Assembly: GCA_964458045.1 (NCBI GenBank)
Contig: CAYWHV010000001.1
Coordinates: 1-36,344, forward strand
Reading direction: 5' to 3'
DNA length: 36,344 nt
DNA from: an uncultured Methanospirillum sp.
GTDB taxonomy: Archaea > Halobacteriota > Methanomicrobia > Methanomicrobiales > Methanospirillaceae
Shown one piece after another: positions 26,656 to 35,045 of this stretch. The first letter of the stretch is position 1. Every line of letters begins with the position of its first letter. The notes under the pieces were generated by a model. That model saw nothing but the letters and a program-made list of their open reading frames with translations. It did not search any database and was not told the DNA's origin. Position numbers and translations under genes: made by a program.

Positions 26656-27852
26656 TCAGTGGGCCTTAATAATTGCCGGATCAGATGCATGTTTCTGTGC
26701 AATTGTATCTGCCAGTTTTACAAGTTCATCCCTGGTTTTTTCATCAGGTGCTCCCTGGATATACACCGGAGGAAGAATTTCTGCTTTGATATGAGGTATC
26801 ATTGACTGGATTACATCAATGGTTTTGCCTCCCCACCCAAATGAACCGATTATAGTTGCGTATTTGGTTTTGGGTTTTACCAGGTTTGCAAGGTAGACTG
26901 CATTGACCATGGCCGGATGTGGACCGAAAAGGACGGTAGGAGTTGCAAGAATTACCGTTGCAGCATCAACGAGTTCCATTGCAAGAAGCCCGGTGTCAGC
27001 ATCAGTCAGATTGAATGGTTTTACACCGATATCGCGTTCAATGAGTAAGTCTGTCAGGATACGAACCATTCGCTCGGTACTGCCATGCATCGATACAAAG
27101 GGAATTAATACCTTGTTTTTTACGGTATCATCAGTCCATTCTTTGTATCTGTCAAGTATCCATTTCGGATTGTCATGGAGCGGTCCATGACTTGGTGCGA
27201 TGATTGCAAGATCCATCTGTGATATGGATTCCAGATACTTGCTGATGCTACCACGGAACGGCATCATAATTTCTGCGTAATAGCGTTTGGCAGAGATCTC
27301 TGTCCTGCATGGTTCATCCATATACAGAGATGATGTTGCATAATGCGACCCGAACAGATCGCAGGGGAAGAGGATTTTTTCTTCCGGGCAATAGGTGACC
27401 ATGGTTTCCGGCCAGTGAACCCAGGGGTACTCGATGAACTGAAGGGTCATTCCTCCAAGGTCAAGAGAATCTCCGGTTTTTACAACATGTACTCTGTCTG
27501 CAGGAACATCGAGAAGATGTCCGATGAGGTCTTTACATTTTTCTGTGCAGTATACTTTTGCGCTGGGGAATAATTCTAATATAATGGGGAGAGTTCCTGC
27601 ATGGTCCTGCTCTGCATGATTGATAATGATTGCATCAATCCGGTCACAGCCGGCACGAACAATATTGGTGATAAATTCTTCTTCATGTGAAGGATCAACA
27701 GTATCTATAAGAGCAGTTTTCTCCGAACCCCTGATGAGATAGGAGTTATATGATGTTCCATCTGGAAGGGGAATGAGACTGTCAAAAAGCCTTCTGTCCC
27801 AATCAATCGTTCCGATTGAGAACACACGTTCAGTAACTTTTCTGACTACCAT
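26656..27852 (-). CDS. fprA: Flavodiiron protein (FprA family A-type flavoprotein)
   Basis: GTSYNSYL, NHAEQDHAG, VHWPET, CDLFGSH and PSHG diiron ligands, plus a flavodoxin domain SMHGST/GSFGWGG. ATG 27852. Confidence 0.93.
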   Translation of the reverse strand: MVVRKVTERVFSIGTIDWDRRLFDSLIPLPDGTSYNSYLIRGSEKTALIDTVDPSHEEEFITNIVRAGCDRIDAIIINHAEQDHAGTLPIILELFPSAKVYCTEKCKDLIGHLLDVPADRVHVVKTGDSLDLGGMTLQFIEYPWVHWPETMVTYCPEEKILFPCDLFGSHYATSSLYMDEPCRTEISAKRYYAEIMMPFRGSISKYLESISQMDLAIIAPSHGPLHDNPKWILDRYKEWTDDTVKNKVLIPFVSMHGSTERMVRILTDLLIERDIGVKPFNLTDADTGLLAMELVDAATVILATPTVLFGPHPAMVNAVYLANLVKPKTKYATIIGSFGWGGKTIDVIQSMIPHIKAEILPPVYIQGAPDEKTRDELVKLADTIAQKHASDPAIIKAH

Positions 27853-27960
27853 ATTCAAACCTCTCTATATCTTTTAGATATGTACACAGACGAGTAGATA
27901 AAGTCCATTATGTGAGATTAACGACAGAAAATTTATGTACCTGATGAATAATTCTCTTGT

Positions 27961-28644
27961 ATGGAGACAGTTTATCCGCGAAAGGAATTCTACAATATCA
28001 GAGTAATCCTCCTATTGTTCATATTTGTATGTCTGATTCTGTGTGGGTGGGGAGTAAGTTCTGCCTTTGAAATAGAAGAGGAGTACGTGGATTTTATTTC
28101 AGGAAATGTGACCTATGTGAGCAGTCCTCATTATGTTTCAATACCGCACACACAGCCACCACCGGTCCATATGACAAACCCTCTGGACGATGAATCAGGA
28201 ATTATTCCGGGGGCTATTATTTATGGAAGAGCTCCCAAAAACGGATTAAATATCCTTAATATTGATAATATTAACAATAAACTGGATATTGTGTTTGGCA
28301 TTCAAAAACCTGAATGGCCAAATCCTGATTTTACGGTTCTGGTTCCAGGCGGTGCATCGGTCACGATAAAAAATGTTCCTGATGGGATTTATGAAACCTA
28401 TCTGGCGACCGGGTCGGGATGGGATAATTCTAAAAAAGTGTTCCAGATTCAACCTGATTATTATCTGATTTCAGATCCATTAACCCTTGAAACATCTGGT
28501 GAAGAGAAAAAGAATGGAAACCGGATTACCTATAAACGAATCTATACGATATATTCTTATAATATTCAAAAGATATTAGAGGAAAATATCCTGCTCACTC
28601 ATTTGAACGCAGAAGAGTTTCCGAAACTCACACTGTTTTCGTGA
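27961..28644 (+). CDS. Hypothetical exported/membrane-anchored protein
   Basis: 227-aa ORF with an N-terminal hydrophobic segment, a Pro-rich linker and a beta-rich domain. Confidence 0.65.
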   Translation: METVYPRKEFYNIRVILLLFIFVCLILCGWGVSSAFEIEEEYVDFISGNVTYVSSPHYVSIPHTQPPPVHMTNPLDDESGIIPGAIIYGRAPKNGLNILNIDNINNKLDIVFGIQKPEWPNPDFTVLVPGGASVTIKNVPDGIYETYLATGSGWDNSKKVFQIQPDYYLISDPLTLETSGEEKKNGNRITYKRIYTIYSYNIQKILEENILLTHLNAEEFPKLTLFS

Positions 28645-28696
28645 AGTGACAGGGATTGGTTCTTCCCTGATGCAGGGGTTGATCTGTCCGGTTTGC

Positions 28697-28915
28697 TCAC
28701 CAGAATCCCATCTTTTTCTCTTTCCATTCAGAACATTTCCAGCTTGATTCAACTTTTGGTCTGATATGGATTATCTTATATTTCCCATCATTGTCACTTC
28801 CGGCATAAACCGGGACCGGAGGATTTCTCCAGCACTCAAAGCGTAATATTTCTTTGTTTTTTCCAAGAATCGGGACGCAAAACTGACAATTCTGACAAAA
28901 GTGTGGATCAGCCAT
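28697..28915 (-). CDS. Small Cys-rich hypothetical protein (72 aa)
   Basis: MADPHFCQNCQFC...ECWRNPP...WKCSEW. ATG 28915 avoids overlap with the marker-14 gene. Confidence 0.65.
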   Translation of the reverse strand: MADPHFCQNCQFCVPILGKNKEILRFECWRNPPVPVYAGSDNDGKYKIIHIRPKVESSWKCSEWKEKKMGFW

Positions 28916-29011
28916 AATGGTAAATTTCTGATGTCGGCACCATTTATAGATACTCTTTGTTCCCGCAGTCAAATCGAAACTTATATCGTACACCCGGAAT
29001 CACAGGTTTTC

Positions 29012-30520
29012 ATGAATCCTGGAATCTTCGACAAATTTTTTAAACCTTCATCAAAACCCCACATTGTCGAAAGTCCTCCCCCTCCTCTGATTGTCAGGGG
29101 GCCGGGCATGGAATGCCGGGAATATGATGAGAAACCATACTTCATTGTTGCATCAGTAGAGATGGGAAATACAACAACGAAATGCATTCTGACCGGTGTG
29201 AACCTTGAAACAGGTATGTGTTATGTCATCAATAAGACCGTCAGTATGAGCCGCGATGTCAGATCCCCGAATCCGGGTGAGGAGATATTTGGCAGGACCC
29301 TTGATGGCACAGAACTGACTCGTGAATCAGTAACCGAGCTGGTGCGTGACACCCTTATCAAATGCCATAAGGATGCAAAACTTGACATAAAAAAAGACCT
29401 TGATTTTGTCGTGAGAAGTACCGGGGTTGTTGCAGCAATGGATTCACCGGATCAGGTCGGTGATTTTGTAATTGCACTTGCAAATGGCTGCCTCGAAGCA
29501 GGGGTTCCTCCAAAAAAGATGACCCCGCCAATGTCCAAGATGAACCAGTCGCAGAAGTTACAACCCTTCTCCTTTGCAGACCGGGTAAACTTTTCAGGGG
29601 CGGTTGCTGGTGTTGTTCCTCCTCAGGGGAACACCGGAGTTGAGATGGTTGCAAATGAAATGGAGGGAGAACTTGCAATGGCGGGAATTAAGGAAGGCGC
29701 AAAATGGACTCCTGTAGATTTTAGAAATCCCTGTATCTCTATTGATTTTGGAACTACACTCGATGGCCGGATTACTTCAACCGTTGATCCACAGTCCACA
29801 AATCCATTTGCGAAGACAATCGGAAATTTCTGCGGTCTTGCAGGCGCTATCCCTGATGCTATCGTGAAAGGAACCGGGCTTGTCAATGAGAAAAACGGAA
29901 CCGCCCTTGATGTATTTGGGGAGAAGAGCCGGTTATCTGCAGTAATTGGGTCACGGAAATCCTCTGACGTTGTCAATTCATATGTGGATCAATGCCATGA
30001 CCTGATCTCGGTTGAACTCGTCCCAAAAGAACGAAAACGGTATGGTATGGTACCGGTGTATGCTGAAGTAGCCATGGAGTCCGGTGTTGCATTAATCGGA
30101 GTCGATGCGGGTACAAATGGTTCCAATCTTATAAAACTTGGAGAGCTGGGAAAAGAGATCATCACGAAACACTCCTTAACGGTTCTGAATGAGGTTATCG
30201 ATCACGTGTGTGCCAGGATGGCCCTGCGCATGGTTGATGTTGTGCATGAACAAGGCATGATTTATCCGGATAGTTCCATTGGGTTTACCGGCCGGGCTGC
30301 AATCTCCGGGAAAAAGCCGGAATATATCCTTCAGGGAATTGTTGAGAGAAAATTCTTCCAAAACCCGGTTGATCATGTGGTATTTGTGGATGATGGTCTG
30401 GCCCGTGGAGCAGCTCTCATGGGACGATGCATGAATTCCCTTGGAAAGCCCGGTATACCAATCGGTGGAATACGGGGAGGAAAATGTATCATGTCACGGC
30501 GGATTGCCATCGGCAGATAA
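29012..30520 (+). CDS. Methanogenesis marker protein 14 (DUF2114-like, ASKHA-type)
   Basis: YFIVASVEMGNTTTKCILT, DLDFVVRSTGV, ANEMEGEL, DFGTTLDGR and DDGLARGAA..GRCMNSLG. ATG 29012 preferred. Confidence 0.88.
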   Translation: MNPGIFDKFFKPSSKPHIVESPPPPLIVRGPGMECREYDEKPYFIVASVEMGNTTTKCILTGVNLETGMCYVINKTVSMSRDVRSPNPGEEIFGRTLDGTELTRESVTELVRDTLIKCHKDAKLDIKKDLDFVVRSTGVVAAMDSPDQVGDFVIALANGCLEAGVPPKKMTPPMSKMNQSQKLQPFSFADRVNFSGAVAGVVPPQGNTGVEMVANEMEGELAMAGIKEGAKWTPVDFRNPCISIDFGTTLDGRITSTVDPQSTNPFAKTIGNFCGLAGAIPDAIVKGTGLVNEKNGTALDVFGEKSRLSAVIGSRKSSDVVNSYVDQCHDLISVELVPKERKRYGMVPVYAEVAMESGVALIGVDAGTNGSNLIKLGELGKEIITKHSLTVLNEVIDHVCARMALRMVDVVHEQGMIYPDSSIGFTGRAAISGKKPEYILQGIVERKFFQNPVDHVVFVDDGLARGAALMGRCMNSLGKPGIPIGGIRGGKCIMSRRIAIGR

Positions 30521-30578
30521 CACTTTTTTTACAATCAAAAGGAAATGCTCATCCATGAATAATCTTAAACCTTAAATC

Positions 30579-30821
30579 ATGGAAGAAGAGCAATATTATG
30601 ACCTTGTTTTTCCCCCGGGAACTCCGCGGACGATAATTCGGGAAATAATCAATACATTTGATGTTGAGCTCGTGGAGCGGTCAGAGTCTCTTACATTTGC
30701 AAATATGGATGGGGATGTCAGGAATCTTATTGCTGCACGGGGCAAAAAAGAAACAATGATTGAGGTTGAAAAATATTTCAAAGAAAAATTAAATGAATTT
30801 ATCGGCGAGACGCCATCATAA
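30579..30821 (+). CDS. Small hypothetical protein (80 aa)
   Basis: Clean ORF with a protein-like composition (YDLVFPPGTP...LIAARG), 58 bp after marker 14. Confidence 0.7.
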   Translation: MEEEQYYDLVFPPGTPRTIIREIINTFDVELVERSESLTFANMDGDVRNLIAARGKKETMIEVEKYFKEKLNEFIGETPS

Positions 30822-31407
30822 CCAGGCTCCCGGTCAGGATACACAGGGATAATACAACAGTTATCCCATTCAATGGACTTTTTTGTGTCTGTACCGGTGT
30901 TATATCAGGAATTTGTTCAGTTGGAATCTCTTCAGGTAAGACTGGAGTCACATCCGGGGTACTCTCTGTCCGGTTTATTTCAGACTGAACCAGGGTAGGA
31001 GCAGGGGTTGCAGGCTCCATCTCACTTTTTTCAACCAGGTCAAAAATTATGGTTTCAACATAGTCTTTTCCGATGACTTCCGCTCTGACCATGTAGGTAT
31101 CTGGCACCCACCCGGCTGTATCAAAAGAACCACTCCAGTGGTAATTCAAATTGTTCCCACCCTGAACCGGAACAACAACAGAGCCGCCTCCATTCATAGT
31201 TGGTTCATACTTGCCCTTTGGGCCGAATGAGGCAGGCCATATCTCAATGAGGACTGAATTATCGGTATTAAAATTCGTTGTCCCCCCGATTACAATTGAG
31301 TCTCCCGTGTTATATGATGAATTTACCTGGATATCTGCAAAAACTGAACCAACGAGAATGGTACACAGTGTCAGCAGAATTATTCCGGGAACGAAAAATA
31401 ATTTCAT
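30799..31407 (-). CDS. Secreted protein with Thr/Pro-rich linker and C-terminal sorting-signal-like tail
   Basis: Signal peptide, Ig-like domain (IGGTTNF), PT/E-rich linker, then TQKSPL + TM helix + RR. Confidence 0.75.
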   Translation of the reverse strand: MKLFFVPGIILLTLCTILVGSVFADIQVNSSYNTGDSIVIGGTTNFNTDNSVLIEIWPASFGPKGKYEPTMNGGGSVVVPVQGGNNLNYHWSGSFDTAGWVPDTYMVRAEVIGKDYVETIIFDLVEKSEMEPATPAPTLVQSEINRTESTPDVTPVLPEEIPTEQIPDITPVQTQKSPLNGITVVLSLCILTGSLVMMASRR

Positions 31408-31488
31408 AGTATACTATGATGAGTAAAAATCAATAAATCAGGTACATTGATTATGGTAATCCAATCTTCATCAAATATTCAAACGAAG

Positions 31489-32199
31489 ATGAAATCAGCA
31501 GTCGCGCTCCAGCATGCTCCTTATGAACAGCCATGTTATATCTCGAAATGGTTCAATCTTCACTCAATTCCCATTCGTGATGTCAACCTGTACAAGGGTG
31601 ACATTCTTCCTGAAGTGGACACGGTCTCCTTTTTGATTATCATGGGAGGTCCGATGAATATTTATGAGCATGAGAAGTATCCCTGGCTTATTGAAGAGAA
31701 GAAATTCATTCGAAAAGTTATTGACAGAAAAATACCGGTGCTGGGGATCTGTCTTGGTGCGCAACTTATCTCCGATGTTCTGGGAGGGACAGTTACCAGA
31801 CTTCCAGACCCGGAGTATGGCTGGGTGTCAGTTTCTCACAATGAACGGGCAACAGAGAACCGCCTGTTCTCTTCAATAATTCCGGATCTTTTGACGGTCT
31901 TTCAATGGCACCAGGATACGTTTTCAATCCCATCTGGGGCAGTCCCTCTTTTTCAATCAACTGCCTGCCCAAACCAGGGATTTGTTTATAAAAATTCCGT
32001 TGTAGGTCTGCAGTTTCACCCGGAACTCGATGAGCATGATATCCGGATGTTTTTAAACCTTATTGAAAAAGATACCGGTATAACTCACCAGGATTATCCG
32101 AAAGAAGATATCATTCAGAATATTTCACTCTATAAACAGGGAAATGAGTTTATTGATGTATTATTATATTATCTGTTTAATTTGAATAAAACACAATAA
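31489..32199 (+). CDS. Type 1 glutamine amidotransferase-like protein
   Basis: MGGPM, GICLGAQL (nucleophile Cys), QWHQD and QFHPE (His-Glu) motifs. ATG 31489 chosen. Confidence 0.9.
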   Translation: MKSAVALQHAPYEQPCYISKWFNLHSIPIRDVNLYKGDILPEVDTVSFLIIMGGPMNIYEHEKYPWLIEEKKFIRKVIDRKIPVLGICLGAQLISDVLGGTVTRLPDPEYGWVSVSHNERATENRLFSSIIPDLLTVFQWHQDTFSIPSGAVPLFQSTACPNQGFVYKNSVVGLQFHPELDEHDIRMFLNLIEKDTGITHQDYPKEDIIQNISLYKQGNEFIDVLLYYLFNLNKTQ

Positions 32200-32265
32200 C
32201 TCCAATAAATTTTCTTTGTTGCCGTGTTCCGATCCCTTCAAATCTTAAGAAATAAGATCAATGGT

Positions 32266-32781
32266 ATGCTTGATCTCCTCTTTGAGTCACACTGGTCTCC
32301 ATATCTTGCCGGTGCAGGGATTGGTCTTCTGCTCTGGTGTTCATTCCTTTTTTCAAACAAGCCACTCGGATGTAGTACTGCATTTAGCCGGACATCTGGT
32401 ATGATAGAGGGTTTAATCTCTCCTGCGAAGATAAAAAACAATGAATACTACAAGATGTTTGTGCCCGAGATTGAATGGCAGTGGATGATGGTTTTTGGAA
32501 TCATTCTGGGAGCATTTATCTCTTCGGCCCTCTCCGGAACATTTCAGATATCCTTTATTCCACAAACATTTCAGGCTGCATTTGGTGATAATATTCTTTT
32601 GCGGTTTCTCATGGCCCTGGTTGGGGGTATCATGATGGGACTTGGTGCCCGGTGGTCATGGGGATGCACAAGCGGGCATGGCATATCCGGAATGGCTCAG
32701 TTATCACTCGCAAGTCTGGTAGCGGTTATGGGCTTTTTTATTGCCGGTATCGGGACAGCAATGATAATCTTCTCATGGTGA
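32266..32781 (+). CDS. YeeE/YedE (TsuA-like) sulfur-compound transporter, half 1
   Basis: WSPY..G, LGCSTAF and GARWSWGCTSGHGISG motifs in a multi-TM protein. ATG 32266. Confidence 0.88.
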   Translation: MLDLLFESHWSPYLAGAGIGLLLWCSFLFSNKPLGCSTAFSRTSGMIEGLISPAKIKNNEYYKMFVPEIEWQWMMVFGIILGAFISSALSGTFQISFIPQTFQAAFGDNILLRFLMALVGGIMMGLGARWSWGCTSGHGISGMAQLSLASLVAVMGFFIAGIGTAMIIFSW

Positions 32782-32790
32782 GTGATGATT

Positions 32791-33348
32791 ATGTTGACAC
32801 ATATTTACAACAATCAGCCCCTCCAGAAAGTATTCGGGCTTCTCATTGGGATCGGGTTTGGTTTTTGCCTGCAGAAAGGAGGAGTTACCAGTTATGATAC
32901 CATCATCGGTCAGTTGCTTCTGACAGATTTTACGGTCGTAAAAGTGATGGTTTCGGCAATGATTGTTGGTATGATTGGTATTCATGTTATGAAAAGCCTG
33001 AATCTGATAGAATTTCACACTTTTAAGGGTTCGATAGGGTCCAGTGCTATCGGGGGGTTGATATTCGGAATAGGATTCGCCCTTCTTGGGTACTGCCCTG
33101 GCACTGTAGCCGGTGCGATTGGACAGGGGCAGATGGACGCCCTTCTCGGAGGAGCGGTTGGTATTCTTATCGGGACCGGTCTTTTTGCACATTTTTATCC
33201 AGTCATAAATGAAAAGATTCTCTCGATCGGTCAGTTTCCTGTAGAGACAATACCTGAATGTATTCATCTCCCGCGATGGATAGTAGTCCTTGTATTTGTG
33301 GCAGGTTTGTCTGGTGTATTGTGGTTCCTTCAGATACAGGGATTGTAA
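32791..33348 (+). CDS. YeeE/YedE (TsuA-like) sulfur-compound transporter, half 2
   Basis: GFGFCLQKGG and GGLIFGIGFALLGYCPGT motifs. A GGTGA SD overlaps the upstream stop. Alternative starts are 32782 and 32785. Confidence 0.88.
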   Translation: MLTHIYNNQPLQKVFGLLIGIGFGFCLQKGGVTSYDTIIGQLLLTDFTVVKVMVSAMIVGMIGIHVMKSLNLIEFHTFKGSIGSSAIGGLIFGIGFALLGYCPGTVAGAIGQGQMDALLGGAVGILIGTGLFAHFYPVINEKILSIGQFPVETIPECIHLPRWIVVLVFVAGLSGVLWFLQIQGL

Positions 33349-33379
33349 GTACTCCCCCGCCCAATTATTTTATTGAACC

Positions 33380-33703
33380 ATGGTTGCAACCCCACCAGAA
33401 AAGCGTCAGATAAGACCATGCTCTGTGTGTGCATTCTTTGTGTACACAACCGATACCGGACTTGGAAGATGTAATCTGGGGAAGGATGAAAAGCAGGGTG
33501 CTCAAAACCGTCGGTGGGAGTTGGAGGAGGTATCAGATCTTCTGCGATGGCCCTGTATGTATAATCTGACACCTGAAGAGATTGAGGTCTCAATGGATTC
33601 ATGGGTTAAAAGTCTGGTGAATGAATCACTCCGGTTCAGAACATCGGTGCAGACCAGGCGTTCAATAACATCTGGTCGGAGAAAAGGGAATCGGAAAATC
33701 TAA
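33380..33703 (+). CDS. Cys-motif hypothetical protein (107 aa)
   Basis: CSVCAFF...GRC...WPC with a basic C-terminal tail. Fills the gap downstream of the YeeE pair. Confidence 0.6.
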   Translation: MVATPPEKRQIRPCSVCAFFVYTTDTGLGRCNLGKDEKQGAQNRRWELEEVSDLLRWPCMYNLTPEEIEVSMDSWVKSLVNESLRFRTSVQTRRSITSGRRKGNRKI

Positions 33704-33778
33704 CCATGACCTCTCCTGACTGGTTAGAAAAAAATGATTTTTATAATATGGTGATGAATAAATTTTATTGTATTGAAT

Positions 33779-34096
33779 TTAGTCGTACTCACGCCAGGTG
33801 TGGTTACACTTACTATTCGTACATCTAAAGAACCTGACCTCACTTTCATCTGCAGACCGGAGCTGCCGGAGCCACCAGAACGCCTCTCCATTCCCACAAT
33901 TTGGGCATTTTACTTTAATGGTGGGCAAGGTGCGGATTGAATCGGTATCCTCGACAATAACGATCTCTTTCTCCTTCATTTTATCGGTGATCTTCATCTT
34001 TGCTTCTCCATGGCCTTCTTTTTCCCAGCCACAGGAGGTACAGATGAAAGAGCCTCCCTGATTTTTCAATAATTTTCCGCACTTCTCACAAAACAT
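33779..34096 (-). CDS. tfs: Transcription factor S (TFS, RpoM/TFIIS-like)
   Basis: Two Zn ribbons (CEKC..CTSC; CPNC..CTNSKC) and the acidic hairpin QLRSADE. ATG 34096. Confidence 0.93.
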   Translation of the reverse strand: MFCEKCGKLLKNQGGSFICTSCGWEKEGHGEAKMKITDKMKEKEIVIVEDTDSIRTLPTIKVKCPNCGNGEAFWWLRQLRSADESEVRFFRCTNSKCNHTWREYD

Positions 34097-34211
34097 ACAC
34101 ATAAGGTCTGACAAAGAAACATTTAAAATATACAGCATGCCTCGCATTACTGACAGTCACATATAAAAGTGAGAGAACAATTATCAGATTATCATTCAGA
34201 CAATATGGGAA

Positions 34212-35045
34212 ATGTTTGAACTTCTTATTCCAGTTTCCTGTCTGTTTTTCCTTCTTGCACTTTTCCCGGGAAGACACCGGACCATTGCAGCCATCATTGC
34301 CTGGACAACCATTATTGTTGTCTTTATCGGCGGTCTTCCGACATGGATAGAAGATAGTAATATTTTGTATCCGGTGATGGCAGCACTATCAATTCCTTTC
34401 CTTATCATTACCACACGGCTTCTTCTAAAGGGGAATGCTGCGGTATTCAGCCTGACACGGGCCGCAGGCGTTGCCTTTATTATCTATGCGCCATTCGCGT
34501 TTATAGAAGAGATAGGAAACTACCTGATAGGAGTTGTTGTCCACCACACCTATCTTGTCCTGCATCTTCTGGGGTACCCGGCATATCTTGTGCTGTGGAA
34601 CACCTTTCAAAGTGGATTTTTCAGGGTCGAAATAATCCTGGCATGTACAGGTATTCAGGCTATTGCAATCATGCTCGGTGTCGCATCTGCAGTGCCTACA
34701 ACAACCAGGCAAAAATGTCTTGCATTTCTCCTCATTGCTCCGGTTATCTATATCCTGAACCTGTTTCGAAATGCTGGAGTAATTATTACCTATACAAGTC
34801 AGTCATTTGCATGGCTGCCGGATGTTTCGGGCAATACGGAATATGGGTACTCCAGTTTTTTCTGGGCACATAATATTTTCGCAGAAGGTGTAGCATTGAT
34901 CTTCCTTATTGCTCTTGCCTACAGCCTTTTCAGACTCATCCCTGCTCTCGGAGATTTTGCCGGGGATCTTGTCCAGTCGTATGAAAAAGAGATTAAGAGT
35001 ATCGCCGGTAAAGATACACAATCCTCTGAAGTGCGGAAAGATTAG
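34212..35045 (+). CDS. artA: Archaeosortase A
   Basis: Multi-TM protein with exosortase-family residues VEIILACTGIQ (Cys), LNLFRN (Arg) and WAHN. Confidence 0.88.
   Translation: MFELLIPVSCLFFLLALFPGRHRTIAAIIAWTTIIVVFIGGLPTWIEDSNILYPVMAALSIPFLIITTRLLLKGNAAVFSLTRAAGVAFIIYAPFAFIEEIGNYLIGVVVHHTYLVLHLLGYPAYLVLWNTFQSGFFRVEIILACTGIQAIAIMLGVASAVPTTTRQKCLAFLLIAPVIYILNLFRNAGVIITYTSQSFAWLPDVSGNTEYGYSSFFWAHNIFAEGVALIFLIALAYSLFRLIPALGDFAGDLVQSYEKEIKSIAGKDTQSSEVRKD

Noticed and set aside
28901-29011. N-terminal extensions of marker 14 (from 28901) and of the Cys protein (from 28993) in the ORF track
   Set aside because: The extensions overlap each other head-to-head. The downstream ATGs (29012 and 28915) leave a normal divergent promoter gap.
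33779-34096. Possible inhibitory TFS paralog (TFS4-like)
   Set aside because: The catalytic acidic pair in RSADE is intact, so this looks like the ordinary cleavage-stimulating factor.
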